A stretch of DNA of 64,000 bases, taken from Microthyrium microscopicum. Taxonomy: Eukaryota. Below the pieces are notes generated by a model. The model made no database searches, was not told where the DNA came from, and saw only the letters and a list, made by a program, of their open reading frames with translations. The position numbers and the translations under genes were made by a program. Within the stretch, counting starts at the first letter, position 1; every line of letters begins with the position of its first letter. The stretch spans positions 820,316 through 884,315 of the forward strand of contig MU004240.1 in the NCBI GenBank assembly GCA_010405405.1. Reading direction: 5' to 3'. Shown here in pieces: positions 12,717 through 24,911 of this stretch.

Positions 12717-14553
12717 ATGCTTTTTAGCCTAAGCAATGTTGTCAACACCTCCTTTGCGGTTGTAAGCATAACGGTTCTTGTAAGTTTTCTATCGATTCAA
12801 GAGAGTCAACTACTTATACAAGAACTAGTACCATGTTTGTCTTTGGGTATACAATTGGTTACTTCACCCTTTATCAAAAATTCCTGGACCATTGCTATGG
12901 GGCATAAGCGAAACGCCATTCAATCTCTCAATGATCAATGGAACATTTGTTCATGACGTTCACAAAATCCACCAGAAGTATGGACCTGTTGTTCGAATAG
13001 CACCCAATGAGCTCTCGTTCATCACAGAACAAGCTCAGAGAGATATATACTCTCGCCGAGTGGAAGATGGCTACCCAATGCGAAAAGACCCAAATTTTAA
13101 TAGCGCAGCTCCGAACGGGGCATTTCCAATATCGTCGGCACCGAAAGAGGACCACATCAGACAACGAAGGGCATTGGCTCATGGATTCTCTGAAAAGGCC
13201 TTGTCTGAACAAGAGCCTCTGATTAGAAAGCATGTTGACTTGCTCATGACTAAACTGCAAAACGCTTCTAGCCAGAACAATGGCACTACGGTTCTGGACA
13301 TTGGAAAATATTTCAATTTTGCAATATTCGACATCTTCGGTGACCTTGGATTTGGAGAGTCATTCAATTGTCTGGTAGAGGAGCGATATCACAAGTGGAC
13401 AACCTTGCTCCCATACTTTCCGAAGGCTGGTTTGATGGCGAAGAGTCTCAAGGGCTACGGCATTCTATCTCCGTTGTTGATGCTGCTGCTGGTTCCGAAA
13501 CAAGTTATATCTGGAGCCAAAGATCACTGGAATCTTTGTGTCGAAAAGGTATTATTTCTCTCTCCTGACTTATCTCTCTGTCCACTTGATACTACGAATT
13601 CGTTATCCTGTTGGCATACAATGCAATATCGGACGTAATAGTCAGATGAACCTTCTACTCATATGTCGATACGGTACTATAGCATTTCTTTCACTAACGA
13701 AAACAGGTCAACCAGAGATTCGAACGAACCACCAACCGCAAGGACATCATGTCATATATCTTGAAAAATAAGGATAACAAGTCAGACACTTTTCTCAGTG
13801 TCCCTGAGCTAGAAGCAACCGGCTACATCCTCATATTCGCCGGAGCAGAAACTACAGCGTCAAATCTTTCTGCTACAATCTCTTATCTCGTGAGATACCC
13901 AGCAAAATTCGCAAAGTTACGAGACGAGATCCGCAGTCAATTTTCTGCTGCGGAGGACATTTCTTTTCGCAATACAACTGCGACTCATCTTCCATATATG
14001 CATGCAGTGATCCAAGAAAGTATGCGATTGGCACCACCAGTGGCGGGAAACATGCCCCGAGTAGTGCCGGAAGGGGGTGGAACGATTGACGATCAAATGT
14101 ATCCAGGAGGTGTAAGTATTTTGTCCAGTGTTGCTCACTATCCGCCTGGTTGCTAACTGCTTGTTGAAGACTATTGTTGGGACTGCCGTATATGCAACTC
14201 AGCGATCTGCTATGAACTTTACATATCCAAACTCTTTCATCCCCGAGCGCTGGCTGAACACCAACCACCCAAACTACACCTGCGACTCCTCAGATCCTCC
14301 ATTCGGAAAGGAAACTTTCGTTACAGACCAGAAAGGTGCCGCCCAACCATTCTCAGTGGGACCTAGGAACTGTATTGGAATGAACTTGGCAATGGCCGAG
14401 ATCCGACTCGTGTTGGCATTGTTCATTTTCAATTTCAATGTGAGCTCACCAGCTGGTACGGAGCCGATGGTTTGGGAAGATCAGAAGACGTACAACAACT
14501 GGGTGAGAACGCCAATGGATATCGAGATATCGCTGGCCAAGTCGAAAAGCTAG
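12717..14553 (+). CDS. Cytochrome P450 monooxygenase, resembling CYP65/TRI11-like secondary-metabolism P450s; exons approx. 12717-12779, 12829-13548, 13708-14110, 14170-14553
   Basis: N-terminal anchor, HPLSKIPGP hinge, YGPVVRIAPNELSF, I-helix AGAETT, ExxR (ESMR), PERW and heme-binding FSVGPRNCIG. Confidence 0.95.
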
Positions 14554-15447
14554 GCTACGTTCATAGACAGGAATTGCTCGTGTTTCGTACCGCAGAATAA
14601 CACTTTAACGAGGTCCTTTGACCTGCATGTTTTGCCTAGTTGTCTGTAATCATGGCCCCAAAAACGTATAGCAACCTTAGCACTATGCGACTTAAGGATA
14701 GTGAGCGATGTCAGACTGATAGAACAATTAGCGGACGAGCAGTATGAGAAATTCGAACATAGACATGCGATACAAATATGCACTTGAAAAAGTCAGGATG
14801 TGAAGCTTAGGGATTTATTGCCAATGGAGGATGCAAAGCCTATTTCTTCTTAGATTAAGTTGTATGAATATTGCTTCCTGGCCAGCAAGACGGAAGCAAC
14901 CTAATGAGCTCAACATTAGAGATCAAATGTACAGGCACTGCTAAAACCCATTTCGCAATTACTATGGAAGCATCAAAAGCTGCAATACTGCTGGCGTTAA
15001 AAGGCTCTTGCTTACCCACTATACCACCCGTTCGAGCTGTGGTTTGCTCAACGCCCTTTGCTCAAGGGCAACTTCGCCTGCCTCTCTGTGATGTCAGGGA
15101 CTTGACGATCAGCTTGCTGCTGGATTGACGATTAGTGTCACAGATAATCTCACCAAGAGGCGAGGCAAGAAAGCTCATGTTATGACAAAAATATACATTG
15201 AAAGAGAACCTAGATCCATACATAGAGTTCCTAAAACACAAGATTGGGATATCAAGCAGCCCACACCAACAACAGCCCTTCATATATTGGTACTGACAAA
15301 TACCCAGGTACGCTCGATTTTTATCATGTCGTGAGTGAGCAACCGGATATTACAAAAAGCAACCAAGCGGACGCTCAAAGATTGCGCCAACAAAAACAAC
15401 AAAACTCTGATTGAGTTTGACATTGCACAAACGCAACATCAGTTTGC

Positions 15448-16658
15448 TTATCGGTAGTGAGCCAGCGACTTTTGGCTGCCAATTGTTGATGCGCGGTCAG
15501 CGTTGTAGCGTTTTTGCCATTCGACGGCTTCTTTCTGCTGGGCTTCCCATTCGGCGTCAGCCTTGGCGGCTTCTTTGAGGCCCTTGCGGGTAGAGCGAAT
15601 GCAGAGGAAGAGGATGGTGAGAACGAAGAGAGCGAAGCCTGCGATGGAGCCGATGATGATTCCGGCACGGGTGGCTGGTGAGAGTGCTCGCCAGTGGGCA
15701 CCGGGTCCGATGGGAGTGTTCAAGGCTTGGACAATGAGGGATGTTCCCCTGTGATATGATTAGTACGAGGTCAAGTAGAAGGCTCAACAAGTAACTTACG
15801 CTTTGGTCTTGATACTTTGGTAGCTTCCGGTCATATCTCCGTATGAGTACTCAGCACCAGTGCTGCCATCCTGGATATACACATTCTTGACGTTCATTGT
15901 CCATGGACCCTTTGTGTAGTCGGTGGTCGCTTCGGCCCACTCTTGAACACCCTTTGGCTCTGCTGGATCACCAGCGGCCCAGGCACCAAGATAGATCTTC
16001 ATTGGTGTTTGTGGATATTGCTGTCCGCCGAGAGCATCGCCGTAGTTCAGTGTGCGGAGCGATCTTCCATCGATCAACCATTCTAACTTATCCTTGGTCC
16101 AGGTGATGGTGTAGTTGTGGAAGTTGTCTTGAGGCGAAGGGCTAACTGGATAGTAGATGGCTCGGTTGTATGTGGTGGTGTTGCCTTTGCCAAAGTAGTT
16201 GGTTTCGACATGTGTTTTGTTTGAACCGAGAATCTGACAGAGTATTAGAGTACGACTTCACAGCTAGACCAGAGATCACCTACCTCCCAATCAATCTCAT
16301 CGAGATCATCAGAGAGCAACACAATGCTGCTCACGATACCAGGACCATCCGAACATCGCATGACCACTGATACTGAACCCCACATGATATAGAAGTTTGT
16401 GTTCATGGTGGGACTATCGCCATGCTTTGCGATGGAAAAGACTGAACCATTGCCTCCAAAGGTAATTGGCGTGGATGTTTGGTTCCATACCGACGGGTTT
16501 GTCACACTGCTGGTGAAGTCGAAATCGGCGTATTGTCCCAGGGCCTCATCGGCGGGACAGGTTGAGTTGAGAGGGTTGCATGTTGTCGATGTTTGTGCAA
16601 GCACAGCACTACCAAAGGCAGCAATGGCTAGGACAGCCGAGCGAAATAATCGAGACAT
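15448..16658 (-). CDS. GH16 Crh-family chitin transglycosylase with a C-terminal TM helix and cytoplasmic tail; exons 16658-16284, 16233-15800, 15748-15448
   Basis: Signal peptide; CNPL..TCPAD; GIVSSIVLLSDDLDEIDWE catalytic motif; TNYFGKG; YPQTPM..GAWAAGD..GVQEWA; TM GIIIGSIAGFALFVLTILFLCI followed by a charged tail. Confidence 0.93.
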
Positions 16659-18200
16659 CCTTTTGTGGATGATGGATGGATGAAAAGGTTGACACGGAAT
16701 TCTACTGGAGAGTAGGACCCAAAGGAGAAGCGAGAAGGAGAGTGTTGCACTATTGGATTCCGGGAAGCTTCGAGGGAGTGTGGTCAGTCGCGATAGACTG
16801 AGTAGGAAGGAGCGAGTGCTAAGGTGGCAATTGCTCTAGATGGAGAAGGAACGACGTGGTGTTGTGGTTAATGAACGTGTCTTGGAAGCATTCCTCGAGA
16901 ATATAAGTTTCAAATCCGGTGTTATCAAGTCAACATCTAGGCCGTTAAGATCCAGCTAAACGGCGTTGGAGATTTGAAGGAGAATTGAGAGAGTGACTGG
17001 TATCACTATTGGCGGTTGAAGAGAGGTGAGGTTGAACGTGATGGAGAGGACGAAGCAAAGAAAGAGGTTCACGACAAACGAGCTCGGTCAGTTCAAGGCG
17101 CGTGCTTGGTCTTCATCTTCGCTCCCTTGGAAGGCTTGAGGCTTGGACAGTGGACTCTTCAGTCTTGACAAAGAGGTCGAAGCGGGTTTGCGCCCCTGCT
17201 GGGTGGTATCGCAAAGAGGTACAAGATAGCTGCCATTGGCTGGACGCGTCTTTGCCTATCTGAAAAGGGATTGGGAGATGATTAGTAGGCGCCACTTGAT
17301 GGCTGCCCAGAGCCGACCATGTGGAGTTGCTGTGCTGTGGTGCCTCACCAAGTGCGCCCAAGAGCGATGATTTTCTTGGAGACTTGCAGAAAAGACCTGG
17401 TCAAGCAATTTGAACCTGCATCTGACCTGCAGCCAATTGGTAGAGGGTCCCTTGAAGCTTCACGCGAGCCTCCTGTTCATCCGCCCATCTGTAGATCGCG
17501 TGTTTTATGTTTCCACCTTGAGCAACCACACTGAAGATACCAAGTAACGCTACCATATCATTCTACTAAATAAAGGACTTTGAACATCTAGCTTTTGCTG
17601 CTCAATACCCGCCCAGAACCATCATGTGTCCTATCTGTAGACAACGCTGCAGGTTCATCAATGATCAAGCAAGGTGTTTTTGCTCCCTAGATAAAAGGGG
17701 AAAGCCAATTGAATCCAAAGCGGTTGTGGCTCAACATTAAGTGAGCATCAAGAACGGTTAAAGCAAGGTTATCAGTGGTAGTGATTGGCTGTAACCCCTG
17801 AGAAGGCCGGTCCCGTCTTTGTTTGATGTCGCATCCTTGTCCAACGCCAGTCTCCAGACTCCAGCATTTGTACTTTTTGTTGTCTTGACATGAACCTCAC
17901 AACTTCCGCTGTCGATCAATATGCCGATAAACACAACCATTTCCCGCCCATTTTCCGCCATTCGGTCTATTTCTAGCTGGTAATATTGACTGTGTTATCT
18001 GCCCATTCCGGAGTCGATGTAGCCGGATATGTGTGGACCCTTAGTACTTCTTATACTTTGCCATGAGTCGAAGAAGGCAAACCAACGACAGAACAAGCTC
18101 TCGTATCGAATACTTGCAGGAACAATTGAACACAGCCACAACGGATAAGATGCCGTGAGCTTTTCATTTGAGGCCGTTCAAGAGTCAAAAGAGTCAAGAC

Positions 18201-18266
18201 GACGGCGGACGGTTAGTGGCAAAAGCTCATAAGACCCGTTTAAAAACTTTACGCAACCTAAAATAC
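18201..18266 (+). repeat. Left terminal inverted repeat, followed by about 5 copies of an 8-bp CTAAAACG-like subterminal repeat to about 18300
   Basis: GACGGCGGACGGTTAGTGGCAAAAGCTCATAAGACCCGTTTAAAAACTTTACGCAACCTAAAATAC matches the reverse complement of 53107-53172. Confidence 0.82.
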
Positions 18267-21200
18267 TAAAACGCTAAAACGCTAAGACGCTAAAACACTA
18301 AAAAAGCAAAAAAGCAAAAAATTAAAAAATTAACATCTATAAAAATTAACTTAGTAATCTTTAGAACTAGCGAGATTTAAACCTATAATTATTACCTTAT
18401 TAAAGTGCTACTTTCCTACTTAGCTATAGTTCTAATTTCTTTAGGATTAGGGTTATTATATATTTATATATATACCTATACTATAATTATTATACTTTTC
18501 TTTTTAGAATTTTAGCTATATATTTATAAAATCTATTAGTCTTATAATTTTTACCTTAATACTATAAGTATTATAAATTTAACTCTAACTATTAGTAATA
18601 AATAAAAATCTTTATTACTTTATTAGTATAGTTATAACTACTCTAAAATAGCTAAAAAGAGAATATAATAACTCTCTACTAGCTAATAAAGTATTCTTAC
18701 TACTTAAAAATAATTATAACTTCTAATAAACTAAATAATAAAGTAAATAATATATATATCTTAGTTAATAGAAGCTTAAACCTTTTTTAAGTTAACGCGT
18801 TAACTTTTTCTATAAAGCTATATTTATTTCTAAACTTAATTTTCTCTACTTTACTTTACTACTCTACTTTACTACTATAATATAAACCTTTATTGTACTT
18901 AGTAGTTCTACTAAACTATTATTACTTAAAGATAACTTTTTAAAAGCTAACCTAATAATAAAATTATAGGCTATACTATATAAATCTAGTCTTATTAAAC
19001 TAGCCTCTACGCCTTAAAAGTTAAACTTCTAATAAGACTATAACTTTAAACCTTCTTTAGCTTTTACTTCCTAAAAGTTAAATTTCTAACTAAACTATAA
19101 CTTTAAACCTCTAGCTTTTAAAAGTATAATACCCTTATTAGATACTCTACTTCTTAAAATTATAAGTATAAGCTATCTACTACTTTAAAATATATTAAAA
19201 GCTAATTCTAGTAATAGAAATAACTTTTATTATAAAGTTCCTAAGGTATATATCTATAAAGTAAGATATTCTTTATTACTTACTAGTATTTTTACTATTA
19301 TATAAATAAAATAGTAGCCTTTAATATTTAAAGATAAGTAATATTCTTTAATTACTAAGTATATTATTTCCTTTTCTTAACTTTTATATTATAATAACTT
19401 AAATATTACTTAACTCTATTATACTTTAAGGATTTAACTTAATATAAAGCCTTTAAACTTTATAAAATATTATTAAATAAGGACTTACTTATTTAGGTAT
19501 ATCTAAAAAACTTTACTAAAAAGCTTTTTCTTACTATAGTACTCTATAATACTTTCCTTACTAACTATTATAAAAACTTACTAATAAGTTACTACTCTAT
19601 ATATAGTTATTTTATAAAAACTAGTATATTACTAATTATTTTTAAGATTTACTAGGAAAACCTAAAAAATACGTCTATTACTAAATAGTTATTTTAAATT
19701 TATACCTAAAGATAATTTTTATAAGTCTCTATTAAGAATAATATAGTTAAATATCTAACTATTAAAACTTTAAAAATACTAGTATAAAATAAATATAATA
19801 TTAGGACTTAACTAGCTAAGTAAAGTAACCTTATAAAATTAGTTAATCTTTACTATAAGCCTATTATATTATTATAAAGTTAAGACTCTAATAGTAAAAT
19901 AGAAAAAGAGCTAGAAGAGAATAATAAGGAAATAGAGAGCTTATAATAATAATACTAGTATTAGCTTCTAGTATATATATCTATATTATATTAATACTAA
20001 TTCTCTAGTTTACTCCTACTAAGCTTTTTTACTATAGTAAGCTATTACAAAATCTTACTATTAAAAATAATAATAAGACCTTTTATTATTATAATAATTA
20101 GTAAGCCTATAGTAATAATTAGTAAGACTTAAATATTTATAAAAGATTAGCTCTTCTTTCTATCTTAAAGCTATATACTATAATACTTAAATCTTACTTT
20201 ATTCTACTAATAATAAAGGTTTAGGTCTTTCTTAATATTAAATTTTATTTCTATTAGAAATTAGGAAATAAGGCTTTATAAAATATATACTTATTAGTAT
20301 TAAAATAGAAATCTTAGTAAATATAATAACTAAAGTAAAAGTTATAATACTCTTAGTATTATAAAATAGCTATTATATTATTAGAGTATCTAATTACTAT
20401 CTAACTTCTATATTAAAAACTTACTATAGTAAATAAAAGGATCTAAAATAATACTACCTAATATTTTATAAAAAAGCTACTAATCTTTTACTTTTATTCC
20501 TACGCGCTTTAATTATTCTCTTTTTATATATATAAAATAAACTTTAAATTTTATCTTCTTATTCTTTACTATCTATATACTATAAATAAACTTACTACTA
20601 TTTTTTATATTTTATAATATAGCTACTTTTAATCTTATACCTAACTAATAAAAAAGTCTTCCTTAGAGTAAAGTTATTATAATTATATTAGTAAGGCTTA
20701 AAAAGCTTAAAGCTAAACTTTTTATAAATAATATTATATAAATTCTAACCTTTAATAATTCTAATAATAATAAAAAAGATATATATATCTTTAATATTAT
20801 ATAATTTCTTTACGTAGTTATAAAATATAACTAATACTACTTATAATATAACCTCCTTAAGCTTATTTTTAATAAGACTTTCTTTTCTAGATCTAGTATA
20901 TAGATACCTACTAAAGTATATATAAATATTATATAGTTTTAAGATTTATATTACTTCTTAATATACTCTATAAATATTATTAAAAGAAGCTACTATATAA
21001 ATTTACTCTTTATTATAATAAGTATAGCTATAGCTTATCCTAATTCTAGCTAACTTCTAGTAAGTATATATATTATTAATTCTTTCTTTTTAAAATACTA
21101 ATCTTTATTATAGATTTACATAAATAAAGGCTAATATACTAGATACTACCATTTATTACCCTAATACTTTAAACTATTAACTAAATAGTAGGCTTAGTAC

Positions 21201-24200
21201 GTAAATCTATAAATAGCTAATAATAAGTATAGACTTTATAGAAGCATAACTAATCCTATTACTATTAATTAAGTTTACTAGGGATTAGACTTTATATATT
21301 ATTAGATAATTAAAGTAAAAACTTAAGTATACTATTATATAAATAGTTAAATAAAATTAGAACTTATATAATATCTTAAGTATATCTCTCTTATACTCTT
21401 AGAAATATTATAGCTTAATTTATAGTAAATACTAGCTTTATATATAAAGTAATAGTATAAAAAAAAAGTAGTATTAAAATAGATTTATCTTTAAAAAAAA
21501 GAGCCTACTTTTTATTCTAAAAAAATAAGATATAAATATAACGTTCTTACTAAGAATTAAACCTAAGACTTTATAATTTAAAGTATATTAAAAGTATATT
21601 ATGCTACTTAACTATAAGAACTAATTTTTCTAGAATAGTTATAGCTAAACCTAATATATAAAGTATATAGAACTTTAACTATTCTTATTATAGTAATATA
21701 CTTAATAATTTACTAAATATATAGGACATAGAATTAACTATAAAAATTAAAAGATATTAATTTATTAAAGCTATTTATTTAAGGTATAAAAATATATCTT
21801 AGAGGTATTAGAAAAATATATAAAAAACAATAAGTTAGTAAGCAAATTAAATATTATTAATATTATTTTAAACTAAAGAAGTAGTAAATAATAACTTATA
21901 TTAGAAGAATATAGCTATTAAAGATGCCTTAAAATAAATCCTATTCCTTTCCCTAAATATTTATAACTTATTAATTTTATATCTTAGCCTCTTATATAGA
22001 AATAAAATAGAAGTAAAACTATTTATAGTCTAAAATATATCTAGCTATTTTTAATATAATATATAATAATAAAAGTACTTAATTAATACTTATAATAAAT
22101 AAAAGAGACTAATTCTAAGCCTAAAGAAAGAGCTTTTATACTACAAAACTCTTTACCTCCTTAGTCTATTAGATCTAATATAAACTTTTAAATAAAATTC
22201 TAAAAGATTATATATATAGCCTTATAGTTCTACGTAACTTAAGCTATCTCTATTAAATTTACTATAATATTAAAAAGATATTTCTATATATTAGTTATAT
22301 TTATATATAAAGCTAATATATTTTTAGTATAGACCTTAATAAATACTAAAATAATTATTTTCTATTACTATATAGTACTATATATAGAATCTTTAGAGTA
22401 ACTTATAAAATTAAAAATAGTCTTATATCTATAAAATTAAAGTATACTAATTTCTTAAATTATAGTAATAGTTTATATTTTAAAGTCTTTTATAGTTTTT
22501 TTAGAATAAGTAATAATATAGTATAGTCTAATAGTAATAACGTCTCTATATAATAGTAGTTAAATAAATTAATAACTAAATAGTAACTAATAGCTTAATA
22601 AAGGTTCTAAAGTTTCTAGATTAATATAAGCTAAAGCTATAATATAGCTAATATTAAGTAATTAGATATCTAGAACCTTTATAAGCATTTAGCTATAATT
22701 TAGGTAAAGGAGTTTAGTAAGAAATATTAAATACTCTAGTATAACTTATAATAATATATACTAAAGAGTTATAATACTAATAATTTATATAACTTTTAAA
22801 TTTTAGAGTAGATACTTTAACGCTTAATTAATTTTTTTAACTAAAGGATTACTCTAGTTAAGTATAAGATTATAAAAATTGCCTTTAATAGTAATAATAT
22901 AAAGCTTATTATTAGAATTATTTAGTAAGTTAGCCTTCTAGAAATATATTATTACTACTTTAATGCTATTACTACTTAAGTTAATACTAACGTAATAAAT
23001 ATTTAGATACTTCTTTAAGTTTCTAATATAAAGGCTAAGGTTTTTACTACTATAGCTAATATTTAAAACTAAACTATCTTAGTATATTACTATATTAAAG
23101 AATCTATCTTTAGTAAGTATTTTTATAATATTATTACTAAGATCTTACTAAAACTAATTACCTATATAATTATTTTAGCCTTACTTATTTATAAACTACT
23201 ATACTTCTATATTATAGAATTTATATACTTCTTTCTTATTTATTATTTATTATACTATTATAAAGAACGTTAAAGAGGTATCTTATAAACTTAGTAGAGC
23301 CTTAGCTATATAAGAAAATATAAAAATTATTATTCTAAAAGAGTAAAGTTAATTAAATAGAGGCTTAAAAATTAGGGTTTATTATAACTAACCTATTAAA
23401 AAAAATAGGTAGTTATTAATAATAAAATTAGTTAAGGAGAAATTCTAGAGGTAGTAGTTAAAGAAATATTAAGAAGATATTAATAAAAAAGAGTTAATAG
23501 CTAAGAATTAATAAGAGGAAACTAATAAAAAATAGTTAACGTTAAAGAAGAGATAATAAAGAGGTATTAAAGTAATAAAACTATTTAAGGAGCTAAGAAT
23601 ATTTAATTATATAGAAGTTAAGGAGTATATTAAAGAAGAAGTAGTAAAGTAATAAAGTAGATAAATTTATATTATTTAACTATAATAAAAGTTACTTAAT
23701 AAGTATCTAATCTATAAATACGCTATACTTAAACTTAAAATTAATTAAGTAAAGCTAATATAAGTAAAATAAAAACTACTAATACTAATACCTTAAGAAG
23801 ATAACTAATTTAATTACGTATAATTTTAAAATTTTAATAGTAAATAATTATAAGGCTAGTACTATCTACTTAACTAGTATAATTAGTTTATTTATATATT
23901 AATACTTCCTAAATAACTAATTAAACCCTTACTATATAGAAAAACCTTAGTTTATTATCTTATTTTATTATTAGGCTAATTTCTAAATATAATAGTTTAA
24001 AAATTCATTACTACTTTAAGAAAGAATTCCTTCACCCTTTAATTAAACTTCTTCCTTCTAGGTTACTATATAGTATTTTACCTTTCTATATTATAGATTA
24101 TAACTAGTATCTAGTAGTAAAGTAAGTCAAGGCGTCTTTATTATTACTTCTAAGAAAACCCCTTAAGTAATTTATTAAACTTATTAATATTAATACTACT

Positions 24201-24911
24201 AAAAATATTAATTAAGCTTAAAGATTAGCTTATTATAAGGTACTAGAGTAGGAAATATAAATAACCTTAAAGATAAAAGCTAATAATAGATATAATAACT
24301 AGCACGTTAATAATTAGTATCTAAGTAGCTAATTTAGTAGTCTTATTGCATTTTACTTTATTATTAATTTAAAATAAGAAGCTAAAGCTAATAGAGAAAA
24401 GTTATTAAGTTATATATAGAGTTATTAATAACTCTACCTCCTCTACTAGTAAGAAAAATTAATATAAACGTAAAAGATTAATTAATATAAAAATAAAGCT
24501 AATTATAAAAGCTATTACTAAGTAGTAAATAAGAAGTCTAATAAAAATTAGGAAGCTACTCTAAGTTAATAATCTATATAATTATTAAGATATTATATTT
24601 AATAAGGAGCTATTAAAGAATACTAAGTATAATATTATTATTATAAATTAAGTTATTTAATATATATAAAAATACTTTAAACTCTACTACCTTAATTAAT
24701 AATATTTTCTTTTAATAAATATTACTTATAATTATAGTTAACTTCTACTAAATATAGCAAAGTAGGGTAAAGAAATAGTAATAAGAATTAAATATATAAT
24801 ATATTTACGTTAGACTCTTTAACTACTAAAGCTACTCTAAAAATAATTATAATTTTACTATAAAAAGCCTTTTTTAGTCTACTATTAATATCTATACTAA
24901 TAATAACTTAT

